Positions 24,313 to 33,224 of a DNA stretch of 43,376 bases are shown here, piece after piece (the first letter of the stretch is position 1; the number at the start of each line of letters is the position of its first letter). Source of the stretch: a virus (lineage: Duplodnaviria > Caudoviricetes); IMG/VR virus record IMGVR_UViG_3300027813_000025, positions 1-43,376 of that record; one strand, 5' to 3'. The position numbers and the translations under genes were made by a program. Below the pieces are notes generated by a model. The model saw nothing but the letters and a program-made list of their open reading frames with translations. It did not search any database and was not told the origin of the DNA.

Positions 24313-26652
24313 TTACGTTTTCGTAAACTTGTCAAAATTGAGAGAAGGCAATTCGTTAGTATCAAACGCCTTCTTTGTTGGAAGAGTTGATTTCGGATTA
24401 ACATTTTTCTTATTAGTGAATTTTCCATATGATTCCACTGCGGTTTTACCAGAGCCTGAGTTAGCAGTACCTTTAGCACATACCCAACTTCCGTTTGCGT
24501 TCTCACAAACTGCTTTAGATTTAGCGTTTTTAATATCATAGGAAGAACTGCCACCAGAAGACCCAGTATTTGCGGCAACGGACGCTATCCATTTGCCTTG
24601 ATATTTAGTACAAGCGGCTTTACCTGGCAGGAACGGGTCTACTTTCTTTGCTCCGTATTGAGCAACTACCACGACTTGAGCAGATTGATAGACGTTTCCA
24701 TCATCGCCCATTACATATTCTCCTGAACCAGAGTTCTCTGCGGCTGTAACCTTCTGGAGAAATTCAGTAGTGTAGAAAGAGGGTTCAATTAACTTATATC
24801 CATCAGGGAATGCTAAGCCTGAGAAGTCACAGGCACCAACTTCTTTAGTAGATGCTACGGCAGCCTTTGCCTCACACGTACAAGTTTCAACTGCGGAGAA
24901 GTCTCCGGTCTTCATTGCTTTCTCAATAACTTCCATTGATTTATGATATTCTGAAATATCTCCACCAACATTAGATAACTGTGTGTCAAAATTATTTACT
25001 GCGGCCGCTCCTTGTCCGAAGTTTGCAGTTCCCGGCATTACAGCGGGCAGTACAAAACTCGCTGAGTCTATTGGTGTAAATGGTGTTGGTGTAAATGCGT
25101 CAAATGAATCGGCTTTCGTTGATGCGCCAGAAGGGGAATTAGTTGATATAGAAACGCCTGTTCCAGGTAAAGAAACGCTAACATATCCTTTAACACTATC
25201 ACGAGTTTTCCCTGCGACTGGTGGTGGACCACCTACCAACGCTGAAGATGGACTTGATGGTGGAGGACTACCAGTAATAGAGCCGAATGCTTTTCCTAAT
25301 GTAATCGCAACTGAGCCCATTGCGGCTTCAATTGAGCCTGCAACCTTGACTTCGTTGTCTGTCATCTCCTTTGTGTTCCACGTTCCCTTCTTGGCTTCAC
25401 AATGAGCCTTGTTTCTATTTGCTGATTGGTCACTACCACCAGAACACCATCCGACTACGTGTATCTTTGCAACCGCGTTCTTTTTCTCATTAACTGCTTC
25501 GTATTTCTTGTCGGCCGCGTTTGCAATAAAGTTATCTTTTGAAGGTGAAAACCGTGCAATGCCAGAGGATACACTTACCGAAGAAGCCGATAAAACTTCT
25601 TTAGTGAAATTTGTTTGTGCGCCTTCAGGAACTATCCAACCGACACCATTAACATATTCCATTTCATCAGAAGAATATTGTACATCAACTAAGTCTTTAC
25701 CAGTTTTGATTGAATTAGATACAGTACCGAAAGTTTTAAGTCCAACACCAGTTGCTTGTTTGAATTTTGGTACTGACGGTATTCCACCAACTACTTTTCC
25801 TAAGAAATCTCCTAACGGAATAATAGGATTCGTAGGTGTTGCTGTAATGCCGGTGGCCTTTTGATACAATTTAATAATATCTTCCATCACTGGTTCAGTA
25901 ATATGCTCTAACATCTTGTGATTATTTACAAGGGCACAAGGGTCACCAGTGGCTAATTTAGCAAAGGCAGCCCATTGTGCTAATTTATTAAGAGCGGCCT
26001 GCATATTATCAAGGTCTTTTTGAATTAATCCATTCAAAGATTTAGTCATATCAGAACACATATTGTTATACTTACCAACAAGTTCCTGGATGATTGGTAA
26101 ACTAGCCGTCATATTTGCAAGTTGTGTTGCATCAGTGGCATTAACTAAAATGTTTCTTGTCCGACGTTGAATCTGGCCTAAGTCGCCCAGTCCTAAAGCA
26201 TCGTCTATTACACCAGCACCTTCAAAGAGCGTGGCAAATCCAGCGACACAATCAATGTCTGCTTCATAATCGCCTAATGTTCTCGCAAGGTCTCTACCTG
26301 CTTGTTGAATACCAGAGTTTTTAATGTAATCTGTTTGTGCGCCTAGAATGGCATTAAGTGCAGTATCACCACATACTGAAAAGGCATCAGATAAATCTTG
26401 GACCTCTTGCAGTACCGACCAAATTTCTTCGCCTTGCTGACCGTGTACAAAGAGAACATCTTGATTTATCTTATCTGTGATAAACAAATCTCTAGCGGCC
26501 GTTTTCATTTTCACCGCAGTACCGTGAGCAGGCGACTCTAATACAGTACCTACTTTCCCTAAAGCATCATTGATGCCAGAAAAATATGAAGTACCAGTTG
26601 CCGCTTTAATGGCATTCGCTGGTGAACCTAATAGATTCGATAAATTTACCAC
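24313..26652 (-). CDS. Uncharacterised 779-aa protein between gp5 and PAAR, with a helical N-half and Cys/GxW modules in the C-half
   Basis: Long ORF with a GTG start and AGGAG upstream. No family recognised. Confidence 0.75.
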   Translation of the reverse strand: MVNLSNLLGSPANAIKAATGTSYFSGINDALGKVGTVLESPAHGTAVKMKTAARDLFITDKINQDVLFVHGQQGEEIWSVLQEVQDLSDAFSVCGDTALNAILGAQTDYIKNSGIQQAGRDLARTLGDYEADIDCVAGFATLFEGAGVIDDALGLGDLGQIQRRTRNILVNATDATQLANMTASLPIIQELVGKYNNMCSDMTKSLNGLIQKDLDNMQAALNKLAQWAAFAKLATGDPCALVNNHKMLEHITEPVMEDIIKLYQKATGITATPTNPIIPLGDFLGKVVGGIPSVPKFKQATGVGLKTFGTVSNSIKTGKDLVDVQYSSDEMEYVNGVGWIVPEGAQTNFTKEVLSASSVSVSSGIARFSPSKDNFIANAADKKYEAVNEKKNAVAKIHVVGWCSGGSDQSANRNKAHCEAKKGTWNTKEMTDNEVKVAGSIEAAMGSVAITLGKAFGSITGSPPPSSPSSALVGGPPPVAGKTRDSVKGYVSVSLPGTGVSISTNSPSGASTKADSFDAFTPTPFTPIDSASFVLPAVMPGTANFGQGAAAVNNFDTQLSNVGGDISEYHKSMEVIEKAMKTGDFSAVETCTCEAKAAVASTKEVGACDFSGLAFPDGYKLIEPSFYTTEFLQKVTAAENSGSGEYVMGDDGNVYQSAQVVVVAQYGAKKVDPFLPGKAACTKYQGKWIASVAANTGSSGGSSSYDIKNAKSKAVCENANGSWVCAKGTANSGSGKTAVESYGKFTNKKNVNPKSTLPTKKAFDTNELPSLNFDKFTKT

Positions 26653-26662
26653 GTACTTGCTC

Positions 26663-27655
26663 CTATGGATTTAAGTGAATTACTGAACCTTTGATTGTAT
26701 GTACTCCACCCGATTGGTCTAATTTCGTTCCACCAGTTTGAATATCTGTATTGCCACCAATAGTGACTGCCCAGTTTCCATCAATTTGTGTGGTAGCATT
26801 TCCCTTAACGTGAGTGTTCAAGTTGCCATCAACTTGTAGATGTGCATCACCATCAACGGTTATATACATATTTCCACCTAGTCCATCAACAGGATTGGGC
26901 TTAACGTGTATATAATCATCTCCTAATGTAATCTTATAATTGTCTTTTTGAATCTTTGTGACTTTAGTTCCGTCTGCTCGTATTTCTTCAAATGTACCAG
27001 ATTTGTGCCATTTCATAAGGCGTTCTGCATCTAGTGTATCGTCCCATTCCTCTACGTGACCGCTCTCGCTTGCTCTTACGTGGTTTAATGGATACACTGC
27101 TTTGAACGGATTCTCTGGCTCATCCCAGGTGGCTCCAAGTGCAATGCCTACTGCCATATCTTCAACACGACCACCAGCAGTATCAAGAGGAGTTGGTTTT
27201 GAGTCAACAACTTCCATATCAGGTGGTGACTTAAAATCTACTCTTGCTCGTCTATGTGTATCTGGCTCAATCAAATGTGTGGCTTTTGGATAAAGTAAAT
27301 TGGGGTCATTAAATCCGACCGCTTTTGGGGCTTCCATAGGGAATCCACCAAATGTTCCCATTACAATAGGCTCTTGTGCGTTTTCGCCATCTCTGAAGAA
27401 TCCTATTACCCAAGTTCCTTCAACACATCCAAGTGGAGTTGTTCCAATTCCATTCATTGCGGCACTAGTTATAGGTTGCATAGGATGTGCCCACGGCAAA
27501 TCTTCAGTGGGAATGCCCACATCTTCGCCCAAAGTTCTCTGTTCTGTGTGAAGTCCAGCAATACGTACCTTCATTCTTCCCAATTTCATAGGGTCTCGCC
27601 TGTCCTCTACAACACCCGTGAACCAAATAAATCCGTCAAATCCCATAAATTGCAT
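26663..27655 (-). CDS. gp5: Baseplate central spike gp5 (OB-fold plus beta-helix, no lysozyme domain), about 330 aa
   Basis: WFTGVVEDRRDPMKLGRMKVRI, LPWA, GTWVIGFFRDGENAQEPIVMG, YPLNHV..SESGH and beta-helix repeats. Start moved to ATG 27655, which has a GGAG SD and avoids overlapping the upstream gene. Confidence 0.9.
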   Translation of the reverse strand: MQFMGFDGFIWFTGVVEDRRDPMKLGRMKVRIAGLHTEQRTLGEDVGIPTEDLPWAHPMQPITSAAMNGIGTTPLGCVEGTWVIGFFRDGENAQEPIVMGTFGGFPMEAPKAVGFNDPNLLYPKATHLIEPDTHRRARVDFKSPPDMEVVDSKPTPLDTAGGRVEDMAVGIALGATWDEPENPFKAVYPLNHVRASESGHVEEWDDTLDAERLMKWHKSGTFEEIRADGTKVTKIQKDNYKITLGDDYIHVKPNPVDGLGGNMYITVDGDAHLQVDGNLNTHVKGNATTQIDGNWAVTIGGNTDIQTGGTKLDQSGGVHTIKGSVIHLNP

Positions 27656-27666
27656 AATATATCTCC

Positions 27667-28977
27667 CTAAGCCCGTGACGGAATGGTGATTGCTGGGTCT
27701 GAGAAGAACCCATCTTTCATACATTCTAGTGTCATCCAATAGCCATCATTGTTAATTTTGTGGTGAATAGCAGTTACTAACCAAGCACCTGTCGAGTATT
27801 GGTCTTCAGAAATTTTTCCTTGTCTCAACTGAGTAGGTATTCGTAGTATCACTACATCGCCCGCAAAGATATTAGAATCTCCTGGAATGTCAAACTTGAC
27901 TACGGTATTTCTCAATTCTGTTCTCTTCATATCATATAAAGGATAATGGCTTTTCTCGCCCTTATCGTGAATATCATACAAGTAATTCGCACTCATAAAC
28001 CCAGTATGTTGGTCTACGTTATAATCTTTAAATGGCTTTCCAGGAGGACCGTTATAACCAATACCTTCTGCTAATACTTTGTCTGCTTCGCCATCATACT
28101 CTACTGTATATTTATCTAATTTCTTCTGTAAAATATTATGTGTCAGTATAGAACTAGCATATGAACCACTAGTTTGAGCCAGAGGAATATTAAATCTCTG
28201 TACTTCTTGATACTTTTCCATCATAGAACCATCGACAGATATCCCTTTCCCGTGTTGTTGTACTTTAACAGGCATATCTTTTAGGGTTAATACTCGTTTA
28301 GGTTCTTCTAATTTCATCTCATCGACAGTCATAAATTTAAAACCATCGTTATTCTCAAAGAATAAATAGTTACTTGCCCCGTCTGCCGAAACACTATTCT
28401 TTGCAAGAAAATTAATCAATTGGAAAGGATTCCAATTTGGCACTACAGTATTCTTTTCGTGTAGTGACGGGGTCGTTTTCAATTCAGTCCATTCTTTAGC
28501 AATGCCGCCCAAGGTACCGAACTTCAAAATCTTCACCCCAACATAATCAACTATTTCAGAAGCAGTCATTTTTAAGAATGAGCGACTAATTTTCTTTTGA
28601 TTATTTACGAATAGATATGGTGATGTGACTCCAATGTGATATGTTGTAAACTTGTCGTTCCTGCTACCACCACTTATACTACTAATTCTGAATTCTTTTT
28701 CTAGATTAGCACTCGTGCCCATCGTCTGATTATCAGTTAATATTTCAAATAGAATTTTCTCTTCACCAGAACCCACAATACCTTGAGCCTCAACAAATCC
28801 AGTTCCGTCTCTGAGTAGTATATCACCGAACATACAGTTATTATATATGGATTCAAAGATAGAGAATTGGTCAATGATGCTACTCATCTCAATGCCTTCT
28901 CCTTCCATATTAAAGAATTCAGCATTCCAGTTAGAAGTTGCTTCTGGTTGTAATGTTTCAAAACTACTTTGTGCCAT
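27667..28977 (-). CDS. Baseplate hub / tail protein (gp27-like)
   Basis: IFESIYNNCMFG, YLFFEN..GFKF, IPGDSNIFAGDVV and GAWLVTAIHHKI are hub-protein motifs. It lies between gp53 and gp5. Confidence 0.7.
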   Translation of the reverse strand: MAQSSFETLQPEATSNWNAEFFNMEGEGIEMSSIIDQFSIFESIYNNCMFGDILLRDGTGFVEAQGIVGSGEEKILFEILTDNQTMGTSANLEKEFRISSISGGSRNDKFTTYHIGVTSPYLFVNNQKKISRSFLKMTASEIVDYVGVKILKFGTLGGIAKEWTELKTTPSLHEKNTVVPNWNPFQLINFLAKNSVSADGASNYLFFENNDGFKFMTVDEMKLEEPKRVLTLKDMPVKVQQHGKGISVDGSMMEKYQEVQRFNIPLAQTSGSYASSILTHNILQKKLDKYTVEYDGEADKVLAEGIGYNGPPGKPFKDYNVDQHTGFMSANYLYDIHDKGEKSHYPLYDMKRTELRNTVVKFDIPGDSNIFAGDVVILRIPTQLRQGKISEDQYSTGAWLVTAIHHKINNDGYWMTLECMKDGFFSDPAITIPSRA

Positions 28978-28983
28978 AATGTA

Positions 28984-29484
28984 TTATTCCTGTACTTGTT
29001 TTTTAATCGTTCTCATCCACGCCTTAAATTCCTTTTCAATCTTAGGAATATTTTCTGGTTTGAGTAGAAAGATATTTCTTAGTTTGTCGTTCTTATAGAT
29101 TTCCCAATCAAAATTTGTGATAGGTACTCTATCGTTCTCTGGACTATCTTCCTCAAATTGAGCATATTCTTGGTCTTCCCAATGATGAATTCCAGTTCTA
29201 CTTGGATATGCCAAATCAACATATCTATATACTTCTGCTTCTGTTTTTACCCAATCATAGAATGGGTCAATAACTTTATTAATAGTGCATACTATCCACC
29301 ACAAATCTTGGTCTCCATATGCGGCCTGTGCCACTTTTTCTGGAGTCATATCTTCTGTAATTCTTATTGTGTAGTATAGTGCCTCATATTTAGTGACGCT
29401 AGCCAACAAGTCTATTCTATGGGTGATATCTGCAATAGTGACTCCATTATAAGTCAACTTAGGAAGAGTTGAAGAATATTTCAT
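28984..29484 (-). CDS. gp53: Baseplate wedge protein gp53
   Basis: TPEKVAQAAYGDQDLWWIVCTINKVIDPFYDW, IHHWE, and N...RNIFLLKPE. Confidence 0.88.
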   Translation of the reverse strand: MKYSSTLPKLTYNGVTIADITHRIDLLASVTKYEALYYTIRITEDMTPEKVAQAAYGDQDLWWIVCTINKVIDPFYDWVKTEAEVYRYVDLAYPSRTGIHHWEDQEYAQFEEDSPENDRVPITNFDWEIYKNDKLRNIFLLKPENIPKIEKEFKAWMRTIKKQVQE

Positions 29485-30431
29485 TAGAATCCTCCTTGAA
29501 TTTCGCTTTGTGTAACAATAGAAGTCTCTTTGATGTTTAGTGTCAGTTGAGTTTCAACTGGAGCACCGTCCATATACGCATTCCAAGTTCCTGTTGGAGT
29601 ATAGTTTACATCAACACTTAATATGAATGAATCTTTAATCCTAAATAGATGCGGATTGATTGCATCTTTATACCAGAACTCTACAGATACCGTTGGCGGT
29701 ATTCCTAATCTTCCGATTGCTCGTAGTACAGTTTTGTCGCTACCAGCTAAACCGGTCTGAAGACCCGCATTACCATTTGTCGCAAAACTGGCAATTGCTC
29801 CTGCTTGTTCTTTGCTATCTTGTACTTCTCCACCAAACATACCTGCTGTGGCAGGAGTTGCGAAGCCTTTCAAAGCCCTTACAATAGATTCAATTGCTTT
29901 CTGCTCCTCTGGATTCTTAGGAGTCATTCTCCAAGAAAATGTATGTGCCCGAAGAGATGCTCCGTCATACACTAATCCCATTTGTTGGTTCGCTATAGAA
30001 CCTTTAGCCATTTTAGCAGAAGCATTCATACCAGTGAGACCTGCGCCTGCTTTGACCACTTCTTGGGCTATTCCTGAAACTGTAGAAACACCAGCATCAG
30101 CAATTGTACTACCTATACTCGCAGACTGTGAAGTTAGTCCTCGATTGACCATAACATCTTCTGTTTCTGTAAAGTTTTGATTATATGCAGTACCCAAATT
30201 CAGAGGCATAGGTAACCATATATCAGCGATTTTATACACCGCTAAGTCGTGGTTCTGTTGTTCAAGGGGAGAAGTCGGTGTAAGTGGTGTCCAGGAGTTA
30301 ACTGTAAGTTTAGTCCAGAAATTACCAGCAGAAATGTCTTCTAGAGGAAATTTGAATCCTTTCGGACCGCCACCAAAACTTATGGACAATGAGGCTCCAC
30401 CTTCGCTTACGTTTACTTTTATGCCTGTCAT
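29484..30431 (-). CDS. gp48: Baseplate tail-tube cap gp48
   Basis: IWLPMP, YDGASLRAHTFSWRMTPKNPEE, VDVNYTPTG and GAPVETQLTLNIKE. Confidence 0.85.
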   Translation of the reverse strand: MTGIKVNVSEGGASLSISFGGGPKGFKFPLEDISAGNFWTKLTVNSWTPLTPTSPLEQQNHDLAVYKIADIWLPMPLNLGTAYNQNFTETEDVMVNRGLTSQSASIGSTIADAGVSTVSGIAQEVVKAGAGLTGMNASAKMAKGSIANQQMGLVYDGASLRAHTFSWRMTPKNPEEQKAIESIVRALKGFATPATAGMFGGEVQDSKEQAGAIASFATNGNAGLQTGLAGSDKTVLRAIGRLGIPPTVSVEFWYKDAINPHLFRIKDSFILSVDVNYTPTGTWNAYMDGAPVETQLTLNIKETSIVTQSEIQGGF

Positions 30432-30500
30432 TCTATTGAACCTCTGCTAGTTGAAGGGTAAAAAACATCTCTTATGTTTCTCCTTATTGACTCTTTGAAC

Positions 30501-30514
30501 TATTTATATAAATA
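30501..30514. promoter_or_regulatory. Palindromic back-to-back late promoters (TATAAATA on both strands) at the strand switch
   Basis: TATTTATATAAATA is its own reverse complement. The plus copy is at 30507-30514 and the minus copy at 30501-30508, between divergent structural operons. Confidence 0.88.
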
Positions 30515-30520
30515 ATAGCA

Positions 30521-30961
30521 ATGGCACATAAAGGTAAGTATAAAGTTCAGAATCGCTCTAAATACGTTGGTGCAGTTGATAATGTAGTATATAGGTCATC
30601 TTGGGAAAGACGTTTTATGGTGTATGCTGATACGAGTGTAAAGGTAATCAAATGGAACAGCGAGGAACTCGTAATTCCATATGTAAGCCCAGTTGACGGC
30701 AAAGTGCATAGATACTTTCCTGACTTCTGGATGGAAGTATTAGAAGAGGGCGGTAATACTAGAAACATAGTGATAGAAGTTAAACCTAAGAGCCAGTGTT
30801 CGGCTCCAGTAATGGGCAAAACTGCGAAATCTAAATATCGTTATCTAAGAGAATTAAAGGTGTGGAAAGTGAATGAAGCAAAATGGGAACACTGCAAAGA
30901 TTTTTGTGAAGACAGACAATGGCAGTTTAAAATACTCACTGAGGACCATCTGGTAAGGTAA
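30521..30961 (+). CDS. gp4: Head completion nuclease gp4 (TnsA-like)
   Basis: KYVG..NVVYRSSWERRFM, WNSEELVIPY.SPVDGKVHRYFPDF, IEVKP and NEAKW. Confidence 0.93.
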   Translation: MAHKGKYKVQNRSKYVGAVDNVVYRSSWERRFMVYADTSVKVIKWNSEELVIPYVSPVDGKVHRYFPDFWMEVLEEGGNTRNIVIEVKPKSQCSAPVMGKTAKSKYRYLRELKVWKVNEAKWEHCKDFCEDRQWQFKILTEDHLVR

Positions 30962-30962
30962 T

Positions 30963-31655
30963 ATGGCAATAGCAGTCGCAAAAAAATTGATTCAAATAGC
31001 AGTAGGGACCGAAAAGGTCGCTAGTGATGGACAGAAATATCGTTATCTCGGAAAGCAATGGGGTAAAATTGGACGCACTGGCAAGACTGGTCAGATGGCG
31101 AAAAGAGGCATTGGGGCAGAATTAACTGCTTCTCAAATGACTGCCACTAAGAGGCCATCTAAGGCAAAGTTAGCAAGAAAGTCTGCCGCTTGGTTTAAGA
31201 CTAAAGTTGGTGATTCTGCTAAAGGAATGAGGAAAAGAGCAGTATTAAAACCGGGTAGAATGTATACATATGGTTATGATGCAAAAGGCAAAGCAACACT
31301 TCCTTATTGGGATAGATTCCCTTTAATTATATGCTTAGATGTATATAAAGATGGATTCCTTGGATTGAACTTCCACTACCTATCTCCTATTGAGCGTGAG
31401 AAGTTTTTACGTAAAGTATTGAAGTTTGCTAGTGAAAAGGGTGACCCAGAGAAAATGTCTGATAAAGCACATTTTAGGATTAGTTGGGATGCAGTCAAAA
31501 ACATCAACGGGGCTGACAAGATGATACATAAATACTTATACGGCCACGTAAAGACAAGTCTTTTAGAAGCCCCGGCAAACGAATGGGAAAATGTTATATA
31601 TTTACCATATCAGAAATTTGTTGGTGCCTCGGCGAAATCAGTTTGGGGTAAATAG
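30963..31655 (+). CDS. gp2: DNA end protector gp2
   Basis: PGRMYTYGYDAK..TLPYWDRFPLI and GFLGLNFHYL; located next to gp4. Confidence 0.9.
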   Translation: MAIAVAKKLIQIAVGTEKVASDGQKYRYLGKQWGKIGRTGKTGQMAKRGIGAELTASQMTATKRPSKAKLARKSAAWFKTKVGDSAKGMRKRAVLKPGRMYTYGYDAKGKATLPYWDRFPLIICLDVYKDGFLGLNFHYLSPIEREKFLRKVLKFASEKGDPEKMSDKAHFRISWDAVKNINGADKMIHKYLYGHVKTSLLEAPANEWENVIYLPYQKFVGASAKSVWGK

Positions 31656-31657
31656 AA

Positions 31658-32257
31658 ATGAAGATATCAGAATTCAGTAATCAGGCATACGGTAGTTATT
31701 ACGACTATCTAAGGACTAACCTATTCAGTGTAGAATTCTATAAACCAACTGGTCTCCCAGAGTTCTATAATGGTGCATCAGATGCCAACACCAAGCGGCT
31801 GTCTTATATGTGTAAGTCTATTTCAATACCGGGCAAATCAGTAGGCACAATTGATGCTAAACGATTTGGACCAATTTTTAAAGTAGCAAATGATATGATT
31901 GTCGATACAGTAGCAATGACTTTTATGTGTAGTGCCCAAGATATGCTGGAGCATCGGTTCTTTGAGGGATGGATTGCGGCTATAACAGGAAACGTCAAAG
32001 ACGCAGGAAGACAGAAATATACATTATCGTATTATGACCAATATTGGAGTACCCTTAGAATTGTTCCAGTTACAAGACTTCACGCACAACAAACTCCATC
32101 TGTAGTATTAGAAGAGGCTTATCCGACTAATGTAGGACCGATAGAATTAGCGTGGGGAGATAGTTCAGATGTTGCTACCTTTACTGTTACCTTTACAATG
32201 AGAGACTGGCGCTGGGATGGAGATTCAACCTGGTGGGCCGACGATGGCGAAGATTAA
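31658..32257 (+). CDS. Tail tube initiator gp54 / tail-tube (gp19)-fold protein
   Basis: RTNLFSVEF, CKSISIPG, FFEGW and EEAYPTNVGPIELAWG..TFTVTF. Confidence 0.75.
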   Translation: MKISEFSNQAYGSYYDYLRTNLFSVEFYKPTGLPEFYNGASDANTKRLSYMCKSISIPGKSVGTIDAKRFGPIFKVANDMIVDTVAMTFMCSAQDMLEHRFFEGWIAAITGNVKDAGRQKYTLSYYDQYWSTLRIVPVTRLHAQQTPSVVLEEAYPTNVGPIELAWGDSSDVATFTVTFTMRDWRWDGDSTWWADDGED

Positions 32258-32285
32258 ATTTATATAAAATAATGGAGTGATAATT

Positions 32286-33035
32286 ATGGCTTTACCGAAA
32301 ATTGAAACACCGATTTACACATTAAAATTGCCTTCTAATGGCAATAGTGTATCATATCGACCATTTCTTGTGAAAGAAGAGAAAATTCTTTTAACAGCAA
32401 TGGAAGGGGCTAAGACCCTAAAGGGCACAGAATTTGCTACCGCAGTGAGAGATGTGATTATTAGAATCATTTCTAACTGTACTGAGGGAAAGATAGATGG
32501 TAATAAATTACCAGCGTTTGATGTAGACTTTCTATTTTTGAATATTAGAGCGAAGAGTCGTGGAGAAATTATTGAACCGTCCTTTACTTGTAATCAAGAA
32601 GTTGATGGGGCTACGTGTGGACAGACCGATAAGTTTTCTGTTAAGATTGATACGATTGCGATTGATTTTGCAGAGGATGACCATTCTAAAATAATGCTGA
32701 ATGACCAAGTCGGAGTTCAACTTAAATACTTGACTACTGAAGAATTAGCGTATCACGATTCAGAAAAAGATACAATCGAAAAGATGTTTAAAGTTATTGT
32801 TGATTCTATTGATTATGTATTTGATGGAGAAGGAGTTTACAAAGGCTCAGAAACATCTAAGACAGAATTGACAGAGTTCGTAGAGAATTTACAAGAACCT
32901 GTTTTCGATAAAATTAAAGATTTCTTTGCTAATCAACCTACACTGAGGCACACTATAGATTATAAGTGTTCTAAATGTGGACATAGCGAAGATGTAGTAT
33001 TGGAGGGTCTGGAGGATTTTTTCGGCTTTGCATAA
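32286..33035 (+). CDS. gp26: Baseplate hub assembly protein gp26
   Basis: MALPKIETPIYTLKLPS...YRPFLVKEEKILL, FDVDFLFLNIRAKSRGE, CxxC and EGLEDFF. Start set at ATG 32286 with a GGAG SD. Confidence 0.9.
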   Translation: MALPKIETPIYTLKLPSNGNSVSYRPFLVKEEKILLTAMEGAKTLKGTEFATAVRDVIIRIISNCTEGKIDGNKLPAFDVDFLFLNIRAKSRGEIIEPSFTCNQEVDGATCGQTDKFSVKIDTIAIDFAEDDHSKIMLNDQVGVQLKYLTTEELAYHDSEKDTIEKMFKVIVDSIDYVFDGEGVYKGSETSKTELTEFVENLQEPVFDKIKDFFANQPTLRHTIDYKCSKCGHSEDVVLEGLEDFFGFA

Positions 33036-33202
33036 GTTATGATAATCTTATAAACCATTATAAGACTAATTTCCAACTTATGCAACACCACAATTACAGC
33101 CTCAGCGACCTAGAAAATATGTTGCCTTATGAACGAGACATTTATGTTCGTTTATTGAGTCAATGGTTAGAAGAAGAAAAAGAACGGCACAATGCAACTT
33201 AA
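33017..33202 (+). CDS. gp51: gp51-like baseplate hub assembly segment in the -1 frame of gp26, not on the ORF track, probably reached by frameshifting
   Basis: The -1 frame reads FFRLCISYDNLINHYKTNFQLMQHHNYSLSDLENMLPYERDIYVRLLSQWLEEEKERHNAT*, matching the YKTNFxLMQHHxYSLxxLENMxPxERxIY motif of marine T4-like gp51. Confidence 0.85.
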   Translation, partial: FFRLCISYDNLINHYKTNFQLMQHHNYSLSDLENMLPYERDIYVRLLSQWLEEEKERHNAT

Positions 33203-33224
33203 TAGATTGTAAGGCGGAGATAAG

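Noticed and set aside
27656-27739. Longer gp5 N-terminus given by the ORF track
   Set aside because: It overlaps the upstream gene. ATG 27655 has a GGAG SD and begins the conserved sequence.
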